Assembly: GCF_002571385.2 (NCBI RefSeq)
Contig: NW_019217857.1
Location: forward strand, 688,470-752,469
Source: Stylophora pistillata
Lineage: Eukaryota
Direction of reading: 5' to 3'
DNA: 64,000 nt
Part shown: in pieces, positions 23,426 to 35,180 of the stretch
Position numbering within the stretch: position 1 is the first letter of the stretch
Layout: each line of letters starts with the position of its first letter
Position numbers and translations under genes: made by a program
The notes under the pieces: generated by a model
What the model saw: only the letters and a program-made list of their open reading frames with translations
The model's database searches: none
What the model was told of the DNA's origin: nothing

Positions 23426-26400
23426 TTATATCCTCTCTGATAACCATATAGCTGCTTTACAGCCTGTCTGTATTGCTGTTGATAATACTTGATACATCGG
23501 TGCCTGAGGATAATTTAAAAAGCATAAAACAGGGAGGTATTATAATTAACTTAGAAAATAAAAGATTGAGTTCCAATAGCTGCCTTTTGTTTAACACACC
23601 TAGACTGTATGCATGGTTAACATAACAATTAACTTTTTTTTTTTAATTCTAAGTAAAGCCAAGTAGCACCAAATCCTGTTAGCATTTTTTTATCACAGAA
23701 CTGTAGCCTCAACACTAATCTTATACATTTATTTTTAAAAAAAATCTGAAAACCTACAAAAGATACAGCAATTGAATCCTCCAAACTCTGGTATACCAAA
23801 TACTATCAGCATACCTTTTCAGCATCATGTTCCTCTCCAATATGGAGATGTTCCAACTCTTCATCACGAAACTTTTGTATTGTCTGAAATTTACAGAGAT
23901 TTATATTGTATTAACTACATAGTTTTCCAAATTAAAAAAAAAAAAAGATTACATTCTCAAGGTAAGAAACAAACCAGAAATATGTAGCATGTATATTTTG
24001 ACAGCAACCTCTTTCTTTTGCTAAGTCATGACTGTCATTGCTACTGAGGAAAAATTAATTCATGGCAGTTTTCCTAACATCTCAGAACCTTTCAGAAAAT
24101 TGGTCAACTCAAAAGTATTTAACTCAAAAATTGTTGTTGTTGTTTTTTTTTTTTCAGCAACGCAATGGCCAATTACTATTGCTCATTATAGTTCAGCACT
24201 AAATCTTCTCCGATTCTTATTGGTTTATATCGATCACGTGACATGATAGTGTTCATCCGTGGAGAGACACTATCAGCCCATACTGCCTGTCCGTGGAAAA
24301 TACCCGGATGGATAGTGCCCGTCCACAGAAAATACTCGGATGGATAGTACTCATCCATGAAAAATTTTGAATGGTTTGACGGCTGCGAAGTTAGACAGAT
24401 TGGAAAAACAGTGACTTTTCGATTCTGGTTGCGAGTTATTGACATTTGTGACAGGTTGTATGCATGAATAAATATTTGCTCTGTATTTTGGTGACTTTTG
24501 ACTGTTTTTCAACTGGCATGTGGAAGAAAGTTTAGTGGTGAACAATAAAGACAATAGAATGTTAACGTCTCGGAACTATTGGTCTGATAGTTGCCCCTTG
24601 GAAATTTGATGTTCTTAAAACTAGCATATTTGTTTTAAGAACATCAAATTTCCACTGGGCAACTATCAGCTGATAGTTCCTCGACAGAAACACTCTATTT
24701 GAACAATTGAGTGTCTCTGTCGAGGAACTATCGGCTGATAATTGCCCCGCGGAAATTTGATGTTCTTAAAACAAATATGCTAGTTTTAAGAACATCAAAT
24801 TTCCAAGGGGCAACTATCAGACCGATAGTTCCAAGACATAAACACTCTATTGTTTTAAATGTTCACCACTAAATTTTCTTCCGTGCCTACAGCTTGTTAC
24901 AAATGTCAATAATTCGCAACCGTACATTGGCTAAATAATATGTTATACCTGTCAGAATTGAAAAGTCACTGTTTTTCCAATCTGCCTAACTTNAAACGTC
25001 AGCTTTGGTAATCGTTATGGTGGCCAATTTACCATTTCAACTTTGTTGATATATCCAAATTATTTTACGAAGGGCCCAAGTAATTAACAGCTACTACTAA
25101 CAGCGACTACTGACAGAAAAAAATGCAGCTCACTTGTCGTAATGCTCGCTAATCACTTCCTCCACAGCTACAGTACATGCCATGGCAGCTTCCTTCCCAA
25201 GTAGAGCAGTTCCTGCTCCTACATACAAAATCAAACCTTAACTAAGAATGAGCAGACAAAAATATTGGTAAGAATCTGACACTGCAAGCTACCCAGACTT
25301 TAATTAGGTTATAAATCAGTGTTGCACCTCACAAAACATTACTTATGCAACTCATAGCCATTTAAGTCTGTTCCAAAAGAAGCAAGGTTTTCTCTGCTAC
25401 ACACAGCAATTTGTTGGTAAAACCTGCCCAGATTGGTAACAAGAGACCACTTCTTTTTCACTTGTTGGAAGATTTCTGTGCCAGCATGAAACACACTGAT
25501 TTAGTGTAAAATTAGGTCTCAATATTCAGCCAGGATTCCCACCAGCATTTTAGCATAAATAAACCCAACTTTCAATTAGGAATAGCACTTTCTTCTTTCA
25601 ATAAAAACAGAGCTCAAAATATTAAGAAAACGAAGAGAATCAAACTGATGTTTTCTTAGAAAGAAAAAAACACAATCATCACTCTTTGGATATTTGAATC
25701 AATTTGGAAGGTTTGTGGCTTATTTGTAGGCTTCTGGATTTTTATAGCACTTACATCAACTATACCTAAAACATATCCTGCTATATTCCACAGAGGTATC
25801 AGAGCTGTGGGCCTGACTCTTTTCTCAGCTACAACCTGCTCAAACTTTTTAAGGTGTTCCTTTTCCTGATCCCACATATGCTATCAAATATTTTATAGAA
25901 AAATGTGATTACTTTTCAACATGATTTTGTGGATAAATGTAAATTTACAAAGTTAACATTTGTTTTGAAAGATAGCAGCTCTATCATTGTTAACTGGAAC
26001 CTTTTGGCTGCTATAATGCTAGTCAATGTGTGTGTTAGAGCATATGTATACAAATAAAATTGTACAACATATTGGTCAGCTGACAAAGGCTTGATGCAAA
26101 TACCAGTCAAAATGATGCAATCAGGAACCATTACTGACCCAATATCTTACTACAAACNNNNNNNNNNNNNNNNNNNNNNNNNNNNNNNNNNNNNNNNNNN
26201 NNNNNNNNNNNNNNNNNNNNNNNNNNNNNNNNNNNNNNNNNNNNNNNNNNNNNNNNNNNNNNNNNNNNNNNNNNNNNNNNNNNNNNNNNNNNNNNNNNNN
26301 NNNNNNNNNNNNNNNNNNNNNNNNNNNNNNNNNNNNNNNNNNNNNNNNNNNNNNNNNNNNNNNNNNNNNNNNNNNNNNNNNNNNNNNNNNNNNNNNNNNN

Positions 26401-27093
26401 NNNNNNNNNNNNNNNNNNNNNNNNNNNNNNNNNNNAACCACTGACCTCTGTGATACTAGTGCAGCCCTTTACCAATTGAGCTAACAAGCCAACTGAGAGC
26501 AGGCCTGCCTAAAATTGGTAGAGTGCTGAACTCAGAGGTCAGTGGTTCGAATCCCGTACAGGCCTGATTTTTTCAGGTCTGATTTTCGCTATTGCATAAA
26601 TAGCGCTCTCTACTGCGAGGATCGTGCATCATACGTATCTAATACCGCAGTTCAAAATATATGAACTTCATATATTCATTGTATCTTACATAACTTATGT
26701 AAGACAATACACTAGTGAAAAAAACACAAACAATCAAACAAACAGAATACACTAGCTTATTTTGAAGAACCTGTTACAAGACTTTTGGATGAAAGATGAC
26801 TAGAAAATGGTGCTAAGGCTTTCGTTTATACTTTCCCTCTAAGCTTTCAAGAACATCGACAAAGACTTAGAAAAATCAAGCTCCAAAAAACTGAGATCTA
26901 CCTGAATGGTTGGTCCTACGCTAGTTTTTCCGAGAACTGCCATTTGCCCAGCATATATTCTATCAGCGCCCAGTTCTCCTGCATGGTCTACGCGAATTAT
27001 TCTATCAATATGCGATCTTGGTCTTGTTACACGCGTTTTAGTGGCTTGAGAGCAAAGACATCTTCTGGAAATTCTCAATACCGGTGCCGCCAT
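23426..27093 (-). CDS. COQ7: 5-demethoxyubiquinone hydroxylase, mitochondrial (COQ7/CLK-1); one internal exon missing from the assembly
   Basis: Exons 27093-26902 (...[27 protein letters not shown]), 25880-25766 ([10 protein letters not shown]...[16 protein letters not shown]), 25218-25134 ([28 protein letters not shown]), 23883-23815 ([16 protein letters not shown]), 23503-23426 ([25 protein letters not shown]). The di-iron EXXH motifs are present. Confidence 0.96.
24388..24992. mobile_element. Foldback element with nested palindromes
   Basis: Outer arms aagttagacagattggaaaaacagtgacttttc / gaaaagtcactgtttttccaatctgcctaactt. Inside are two inverted copies of a self-palindromic unit (ggaactat...gatagttgcccc...ggaaatttgatgttcttaaaac...gttttaagaacatcaaatttcc). 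Confidence 0.75.
26436..26690. mobile_element. tRNA-like-headed repeat with inverted partial copy (same family as 59767-60111)
   Basis: B box GGTTCGAATCCC, hairpin aggcctga-T6-caggtct, and body shared nearly verbatim with 59767-60111. Confidence 0.7.
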
Positions 27094-27273
27094 TTTGAAT
27101 TACGCTGAAAGCGCGGGGGATTGGTAAGCAATATTGGAACGTTTAAATCACGATGGAGGCATGTGATGTGTTTTGAGAGCATTTCAAGTGGTCCCAGGTC
27201 GCTTTTAGCTACCTTTGCCCTCACTGGTTTAGCCAAGCAGACCTCGGGTTGTTGATAAGGAAGCGTGTCGATA

Positions 27274-30200
27274 ATGCAGCTCATTACAACAGTTGTGTTC
27301 GCTATTAGCTTGCTAAGTGTCCCAAGCGAGACTCGACCTCAAATCCACAGCTTGTTGCAAACAAATACTCTGTCTTCCGACATAAAAACAGATCGGCCCA
27401 TCATAGGTGAGTTATGCACACGATCATGATCTGATACGAAATCTTTTTCTTTTCGAGGAGATCCCAAAATCACGTGGCTAACATCAGTTACTGTGTTACC
27501 TATATTAGCAGAATTTATTCAGAATGCTGATAACTTACGATCATGAAATGATTTTGGTGTATATCCTTGGCAGGAGGTAAAACAAAGAGTTCCCTTTTAA
27601 TTTTTTATCCTGCTTGTACAATTCGCTATAACAAGTTTATGTTCAATTTATTATTTAATTTCGAAAAAATTATTTAAGGAGGCATACAATATGTTTTTGA
27701 GATTTATTCCAGATAAATTAATGCAGGAGGTAAACGGAATTGAAGCTGCATGCAACTAAAATTTGGTAACTGCTATTTACCGAATAATCCAGCTTAAAAC
27801 ATGAACTGCAACGCAAAAAGTCTCGACTAGCATTTACTATTTGCAGGTCAAAGGAAAATTTTACATGTTATGAAATATAAGAAAATAAGAAATAAATAAT
27901 AAAAGTGCGCAAGTGTGAAGTCATTAATTGTTTATTCAGCTAAAAACGTAATTTTTTAATCATAGTTTTTTTTGGCAACTGAAGAGTCATACGTCTCATT
28001 TTGTGAGAATTAAGAGGAGCAAATTTTCTTCACTGTCTTTCTGCTGAGACAAATTGATATTCCATTAGAAAGTCTTATTTCTCTGCAATGGTGATGATTG
28101 CAGAATGCAGTCTTGCATTTATTCATAACATATTGTGTTTTGTTTTATCATCGATAGGCATCCTGGCCCAAAACACATATGGCTATCTTAAGAAAACTTT
28201 TGGCCCAGCATACATTGTTGCCTCTTACATCAAATACATAGAATCTGCTGGAGGAAGAGTTGTACCAATTAGGTATCCTTTAACAAATTATTAAAGTGTA
28301 ATCTTCTGAAATTTTTTTCTCACTTGGAAAGCTTATGGGTCAGATTGAATATGCTGTTTTTTGGATTAGAATTGACAGTCATAGACCAAGTTCAGTCTGC
28401 TGTAAAATGTAATTACCTCAGCAAGGGTAGGTAGGTAGTTTTTTTCGCTTAGAATTAACAGGCATGAAAAGGGCTGTTGTCAGTGGAAAACAGTACACAC
28501 TTTGAAACAAATCAATCAGAAGCCACTCTCAGAGTCAAGGGTAATGTTTTTTTGGGGGGAGCAGGGATGGTGCAGTGGTGAGAGCACTGGCCTCCCACCA
28601 CTGTGGCCCAGGTTTGTTTCCTGGACCTGGCATTACATGTGGTTTGAGTTTGTTATTGGTCCTCATCCTTGCTCTGAGGGTTTTTCTCTGGATCCTCTGG
28701 TTGTCCTCCCTCTGCAAAAACCAACATTCCAAATTCCAATTCAGTCTGGAAACAGTGGACGAGAAGAGCCACCCAATTCCCCATTTGAAAAACAAGTGGG
28801 GGAGTGGGTCAAGTTCGCCACGCAAGGTTGTCTAGGATCGTTACTCGGGACGCAATTCTTTGTTTACTACAGATTTGTGTCCCGAGTAACAATCCCAGAC
28901 AAACTTTCGTGGTGAGCGCTCGACCCACTCCTCCACTCGTTTTTGAAATGGGGAATGGAATGTCCATTGCTAAATTATTTATTTATTTAATTTGTCTGTG
29001 AACCGTCACATTTAGTAGTCTGGTCTGTGGAATAGTTGATTCCTAAGTTCTCCAATGATGAAGACTTCAAGTTAATTATTAACCCTTTGATCCCTAAGAG
29101 TGACCAGCATTCAATTTCTCCTTACAACATCACCCCCCAATCACACATTAACAGACCTTCCAACTCTCACGATGTGGTCGTGACACTCACGATTTCAGGA
29201 CTCCTCTTAATGGTCTCACGGTTTTCCACAATGAATTACAACCTCAGTGATAATCAACTCAGTTTATAAAATAATAGTTGCAAATGGCCCCAGACATTTC
29301 TTCTCACTGGGAATCTGGGCCGAGCTATTTTTAAACCTTGCTCTGATGTTCAATCAGAGTGTGAAGTTGCTTGGGATGGCTTTCTTTCATGTGTTCAAGA
29401 TGACAGAACAAAATGAGCGATTCTCTGAAAATGTCAAATTTGTGTCCAGTGATGCTAAAAGGGCACGAATTATGGCAGTTTGAACACTGTTGGGTATTGT
29501 TAACGTTGAGATTCCTTCGTTTTAAAACATTTTTGTAAATCTCACTTTTTGGGACCCAAATCTCAAGATTTTTTGGGTAAATTTTGGAGACCTTAAGATT
29601 TGGAGGTTTTAGATGTTGGAAGGTCTGCATAAAGGTCACGAGAGTAAAGGTTGTGGTCACCAACTTAAGAAGCTCTTGATTGTAATATAAATTCTCCTTT
29701 TCAGTGCTTTAGGAAATGACATAATCACATAATTTTGGAAACTTATTGTGCCATATCCCAGCTATTTTTGAGTTTAATAAATTTACCCAAGAATGTAAAT
29801 TAAAGGTATCATGCTTACCTGTACCGCAATAATAAACCCTTTGACAAGTTTAGAATACATGTTGTTGCTCAAAACAATATTGAGAATATTGTTTTGGACC
29901 AGCATTCATCAGGACCATGCAAAATTTTCCACAAGCAAAACTCTTTTTTTGAATGCATTAACCAGCTATATCTTTTCCTCCCTTTTCTCCTTACACATAT
30001 TATAAAAGTTTGCCATGGCACAGTGCATATTAATTAATTGTTGATTAGTCAGGGGATAGTTAATTAGGTTTATGAGTAATTCCAAGATCAAAATATTTAC
30101 CGGTTATTGCAAATTTTTGCCAGACTGTATAGTTAAGTAAATCAGCTACTGAGGAGTCAGGATTGGTGGATGAGACTTGGAGTATCAGTAGCTGTTGGAG

Positions 30201-33200
30201 TGTCATTAAGTATCATTATGATTGCATGTAATTGATATTATGAGAGAGATATTTTTATTAACTAATAACAGAAACAACTTGACAGAGGACCAGTTAGAAG
30301 ATTTGTTCAGCTCGATCAATGGGTGAGGTGACTCTAAGAAGTCTCAGTTTTAACTTAGTGTGCACTGGTAAACTGTTGTAATGAACAAATTTAAATTAAT
30401 TGAGACTGTTAGTTGGTTAGCCCATTTATAAGAAGACATTTTCAGAACAATCACATAATTTTGGAAATGTATTGTGCCATATCCCAGCTATTCTTGAGTT
30501 TAATAAATTTACCCAAGAATGTAAATTAAAGGTATCATGCTTACCTGTACCGCAATAATAAACCCTTTGACAAGTTTAGAATACATGTTGTTGCTCAAAG
30601 CTTTGTTTGATCAAAAATTCTCTCACCAGTTCCTGTTTATTTCAAACCATAATTATAGTTATCAATATAAGCCAAAGAAAAAGTAAAATCAATGAAAGTA
30701 GTTTAAAAAATCTTAAACCAAAGAGACATTTGAACAACAGGAAATTTGATAAATATTCATGACTAAATTTCTCTTTATGTGTTTTTATTTGGATCTAGAG
30801 TATTATTTCCAGGTGGTGGAGCAGATATATATGATTCACCTTACTCAAGGACAGGCAAAATAATCTTTAATCTGGCAAAGAAGGCCAATGATGCCGGAGA
30901 TGTCTTTCCACTCTGGGGAACTTGCTTGGGATTCCAATTTCTCAGTGTTCAAGGAGTTGGTGGAAGAGAAATTACATCGCCTGTGGATGGTGTAGATTTT
31001 AGTGTTCCTTTGAATATCAGTGAAGGTGAGAATTTAAACAATAGATTTTTTTTTATTAATTAAAAAGTAATTTATTTAGTAGTGTTCTCAGTATGAGATC
31101 TTGAATCCCTGCTTCTTTGATACCTCTAGGTTACAAGTCCAGTCGCCTTTTGGGATCTGCACCTGAAGAAATAATAGCTTACCTAAAAACAGACAATGTT
31201 ACTTACAACCACCACCAGAAGTGTATATCTACAGAGGCAAGCATATCATTATTTTAGGCTACATTATTCTTAGATTAGAGGGCTAATCCCATAAAAAGGC
31301 TCTGCAAGGGCAATTGAAGGGTGATTTTGTAACCCTCTTGTTCTAAAACTGGTGGAAATTTTAACCATTTTTTTTTTTTGGGGGGGGGGGTCTGGATTTT
31401 GATATCTTTATATTTATCTTTATTGGGTAACCAGGTTAACTGTGAAAAACGGAGGGAAATCAATTTATTTGATACAAAACCGGGCAAGTATTACCAGAAG
31501 CATGCCACATATTTTTGATACTGATTAACATTTATTTTCTCCTTCCAAATTTAAATAAGTTGTTGATTAAACAAGTGAAAAATTAATTAAATAAATAAAA
31601 GTAGTTTCATGGAAATCATCAGCTACTAATTCTCACAATTCAGGACATTAGCTACATACTTGTTGTCTTGTAAATAGTGTGGCAATATTTAAGGAGGCTG
31701 GTAGAAGCACATCTGAGATGATTTTGGATCATGACACTTCCCATCCAAGCCCTCACCTCAGCTTGGTTTCTTCCCTCCCGAGTTCATCAGCTCAACTCTT
31801 CATGGATAACCAACTGTGTCACCCCATACCGGCAATTTTCTGCCAGCTTAACTTTTCAGCCACTTTATGTTCTTTTTTTCCCTGTTCATTTGTTTTTTTG
31901 TAATTGACCTTTGAAGCCCTCTCGGGATATCAGTCTACTACCTGATGTTCTCATTATTTTTGTGTTTGAAGGGTGAAGACTTTTTTTGCAAAAATAGTGA
32001 CCCCGCAATATTACCATTTTAGACATATTCAAATGATGAGCAATTGAAGAAGTTCTACAAATGTCTGTCAACCAACAGAGGCAAGGAAGGAAAGGAGTTT
32101 TTATCAACAATTGAAGGTACAGTTAGGGCTTTCCTAACAGTTTTTGCAATACCCATTTACACTCCTGCATGGAGAGAAGCACTGTGGCAGGGCTCAAAAT
32201 ACATAATGCAATGACCTGACGAGGTCTCCAAACCTAGACCTCTTGACTGTGGTCCACCATTCTAAATGTGAGGCTGGGGATGCCCCATGCTAAACTTTTA
32301 CCCAATCCATCTCTGTGGCCATTTCGGGAAAGTTTGACTGCACATCCTCTATGCATGGATTTTTTCATGGACGATCATATTTTACCAAAGGTCTCACATA
32401 ATATTTCTCACCTCCCATTAATAGCTTATGATTATCCATTTTATGGTACTCAATGGCATCCTGAAAAGAACTCCTTTGAATGGACCCTTCATGAGGCCAT
32501 AAATCACTCTAAAGAGGCGGTAGCCGTTACGCAGTATGTGGCAGATTTTTTTGTCAACCAAGGTAAGTGCCTGAGTCACACAGTCTGATCACAGGCAGCC
32601 CAAGCTCACTTCTAGAAAAGCGGACGTGACTCTTACCGTGTTGCGCAACGTTTTATATTTATAAAGGTTTGTATGGGATGTTATCGGTTTGCCTTAACAG
32701 AGAGAAAAAAATGTCTTGTTTTGAAATAAAATGGGCTTACCTTATTGCCTTGTTGTTTTCTTTGTTGATTCCTAGCGTCTCAAGCCATTTTGAAGCGTTT
32801 TCGGCGAGTGAGCGCTATGTTGGTGTTCAACTCTTTTAGCAGTTGAACACCAACACAGCGCTAACTCGCCGAAAACGCTTCAAAATGGCTTGAGACGCTA
32901 GGAATCAACAAAGAGAACAACAAGGCAATAAGGTAAGTCCATTTTATTTCAAAACAAGACATTTTTTCTCTCTTTTAAGGCAAACCGATAACATCCCATA
33001 CAAACCTTTATAAATATAAAACGTTGCGCAACACGGTAAGTCATGCCCGCTTTTCCTAGGTGTGAGCTTGGGCTGCCTGTGGTCTGATTGGCATTATTCA
33101 TTTCCCATTTCATTGTGTTATCATTTCATTCTTTCGTCACTTTAACCCCCATTTATGCTGTCTTGAACAAGCTCAAGAGAGTAAATCCTTCCCCTCCAGT

Positions 33201-33635
33201 TTCCCCAGGAAAGCCAAGTTTTCAGCTAAGAAAGGTGTGTTAGATTTGTCATGTGTCAGGGACAAGAAAAAAGTAGTTGACTCTCCAAGGTTGATTCAAA
33301 CCCTGCCTAAACCGGGTTTCATCCCTATAGTGAAATTACGGTCAGTATGTTTTGTCCTCCATATTAATCCTTTAATGAAAAGACAACCTAAAGACAACCC
33401 AAGGGGGTAGGGGTGTCTCAACCACCTGCCACCGCATGAAATATTCCAAGACTTCTAGGCCCAAAGGGAAATAAACATTTGGTTTAGGGATTAAATTGTG
33501 ATTCCATTCTCAGCTCGTCTGAGTGAACACAGGTTTTCAAGCAAGGAAGAAGAAGATGCTGCTTTGATTTACCACTATGATCCAATCTACTGTGAACCCG
33601 AAATAACACACTTTGAGCAGTGCTACATTTTCTAA
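27274..33635 (+). CDS. GGH: Gamma-glutamyl hydrolase (folylpoly-gamma-glutamate conjugase, peptidase C26), copy 1
   Basis: Exons 27274-27406, 28158-28272, 30272-30322, 30799-31025, 31130-31236 (GC donor), 32023-32116, 32425-32562, 33514-33635, all in phase. Signal-peptide-like N-terminus, RPIIGILAQ, [19 protein letters not shown], catalytic WGTCLG and QWHPEK. Confidence 0.96.
28555..28990 (+). mobile_element. tRNA-derived SINE interrupted by a ~185-bp palindromic element (28774-28958)
   Basis: Head ggggagcagggaTGGTGCAGTGGtgagagcac..., central body, and (TTTA)n-like tail at ~28975-28990. The insert has arms caattccccatttgaaaaac / gtttttgaaatggggaatgg. Confidence 0.65.
29152..29627. mobile_element. 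Non-autonomous TIR DNA transposon nested in another repeat
   Basis: Perfect 13-bp TIR CAGACCTTCCAAC / GTTGGAAGGTCTG, with flanks cattaa / cataaa (possible 6-bp TSD). The host repeat resumes after the element. Confidence 0.65.
29721..30598 (+). repeat. ~150-bp direct repeat pair (29721-29872 and 30448-30598) flanking GGH exon 3
   Basis: aatcacataattttggaaa...catgttgttgctcaaa occurs twice, with ~3 mismatches. Confidence 0.85.
32590..33081. mobile_element. Young 492-bp foldback MITE with 7-bp TSD
   Basis: Near-perfect ~240-bp arms (CACAGGCAGCCCAAGCTCAC... / ...GTGAGCTTGGGCTGCCTGTG) with an ~8-nt loop. GTCTGAT is directly repeated at 32583-32589 and 33082-33088. Confidence 0.9.
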
Positions 33636-35180
33636 AAGCGGCTCAGTAGTGGCTTGTGGCTCGTGCCTCATAAAGAAATTCGAAAGGTTTTGAAAGTGTG
33701 TCCGTCATAGGCTTAAGTATTTACTGTGGAATCCTTTTAGTGGTGATTTCTTTTACTAATTAACTGCAAAAAATTGAAAATTTTTAGTGTATGATGCTTA
33801 GATTGTCCAATTGTGAATTTGACGCGTACGCGGTGCTATTTTACTTATTAAGTCTGTACTATCCAATAACGTTCGAGAATTTTTTTTACCATAATTGGCA
33901 ATTTTCTTTTAAGTGGCTAAGTAAGATAAAGCGCTTTGAGTATGGTAGAACCAAACCCAGAGTTATCGCAACGCCGAACTAGAAGAGGGAAAAATATATA
34001 AATTAACCAAAGATAACTCAAAGTGAAGGCACGTGAAAATAGGCCATTCTTAGATTGAAGGAAAGGTCAAAATGTTTGGCGTCATCATTTGAATTACTGG
34101 CACCTTTTGTACTTTTACAGTAGTTTTGATAATTGGTAGGGGTTGGGTTAACTTTTATAAATTTATACGACGTAATCTATCTACTACAGCAAATTTAGGT
34201 TAAAAGAAAAAGTAATTAGTTATGTGCTAGAATCGTGGTAAAATTATGTAGATACACCGGCAAAATAGAATAAAGATACTTTGTACGCTGTTTTGCGTGT
34301 TTTAAGAAGGGGAACGGAAACTCCAGCTGTTTGCGCGGGCCGCGACCATTCAGGTTGGCTACGGTTGGATGTACTTTTTAGGTTGTTGGCGAATGAATGT
34401 GAATTATTTTCCTCCCTTGCACTGTGATTGGTGGAAAAATATCATGAGGGAGTCATGCACCAACTTCACGGATTCTAAAATTTACGCGTGAAACCCCTTC
34501 GAATTGAGGACGAAGTTTTGCCACCCCAGTAAATGCGGTACATGATGTTTTGTTTCGGGTGCTTCTGAGAAGCCCACAAGCTGTGTGGCTCTCATTTCTC
34601 AGTGCCAGACCCCTTCTAGACCTCCCGCTAGCGTGCAAAACGGGCCGGCTCGATTCTCAAAGACTAGCGTGAATGAGAGATTGACCATAGCTAAAACTTC
34701 CTATAAAAAATTTTTAAAAAAATGCCTCGAAATATCGTAAGATGTTAAGCCTGACTTTAAAAAATCTCGGCGTCAGCATGCTTTGGGTGTATGTCGTCTA
34801 GTTTTCATGTAACAGGTCTGATGGTTGAGAGCAATTTTCATGATGGAAATTTTGGTCTAGCATCTTGCTGACACCTCCACATGCGTGTAAATTGAAATGA
34901 TAAAGAATGAAGAGTCAGAAAAATTGAGCTTAATGGGAGCCCTACGTTTAGCCGTGACTTTCTCTTTACATCACTGGCCTTAATCACTGGTCGCCAGGCC
35001 AACAGTCGGCCCGCTTTATTATGAAACTCCTGTCGATGCGCGGAGATTGGTAACAAAGGCCAACGTGCTTAATTTTCTTTTCATCATTAAGTCACGAAGA
35101 AAGCTTGTGATCGATCATTTTGCCTTTGCAAAGCACACAGCATAAAAGTTGGTCTGTTTCGATAAGGAAACGTATCGAAA

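Larger units (their letters stand above)
28273..30271 (+). other. U12-type intron 2 of GGH copy 1
   Basis: Donor GTATCCTTT. TTAAC branch-like motif ends 9 nt before the end of the intron, with no pyrimidine tract. Confidence 0.7.
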
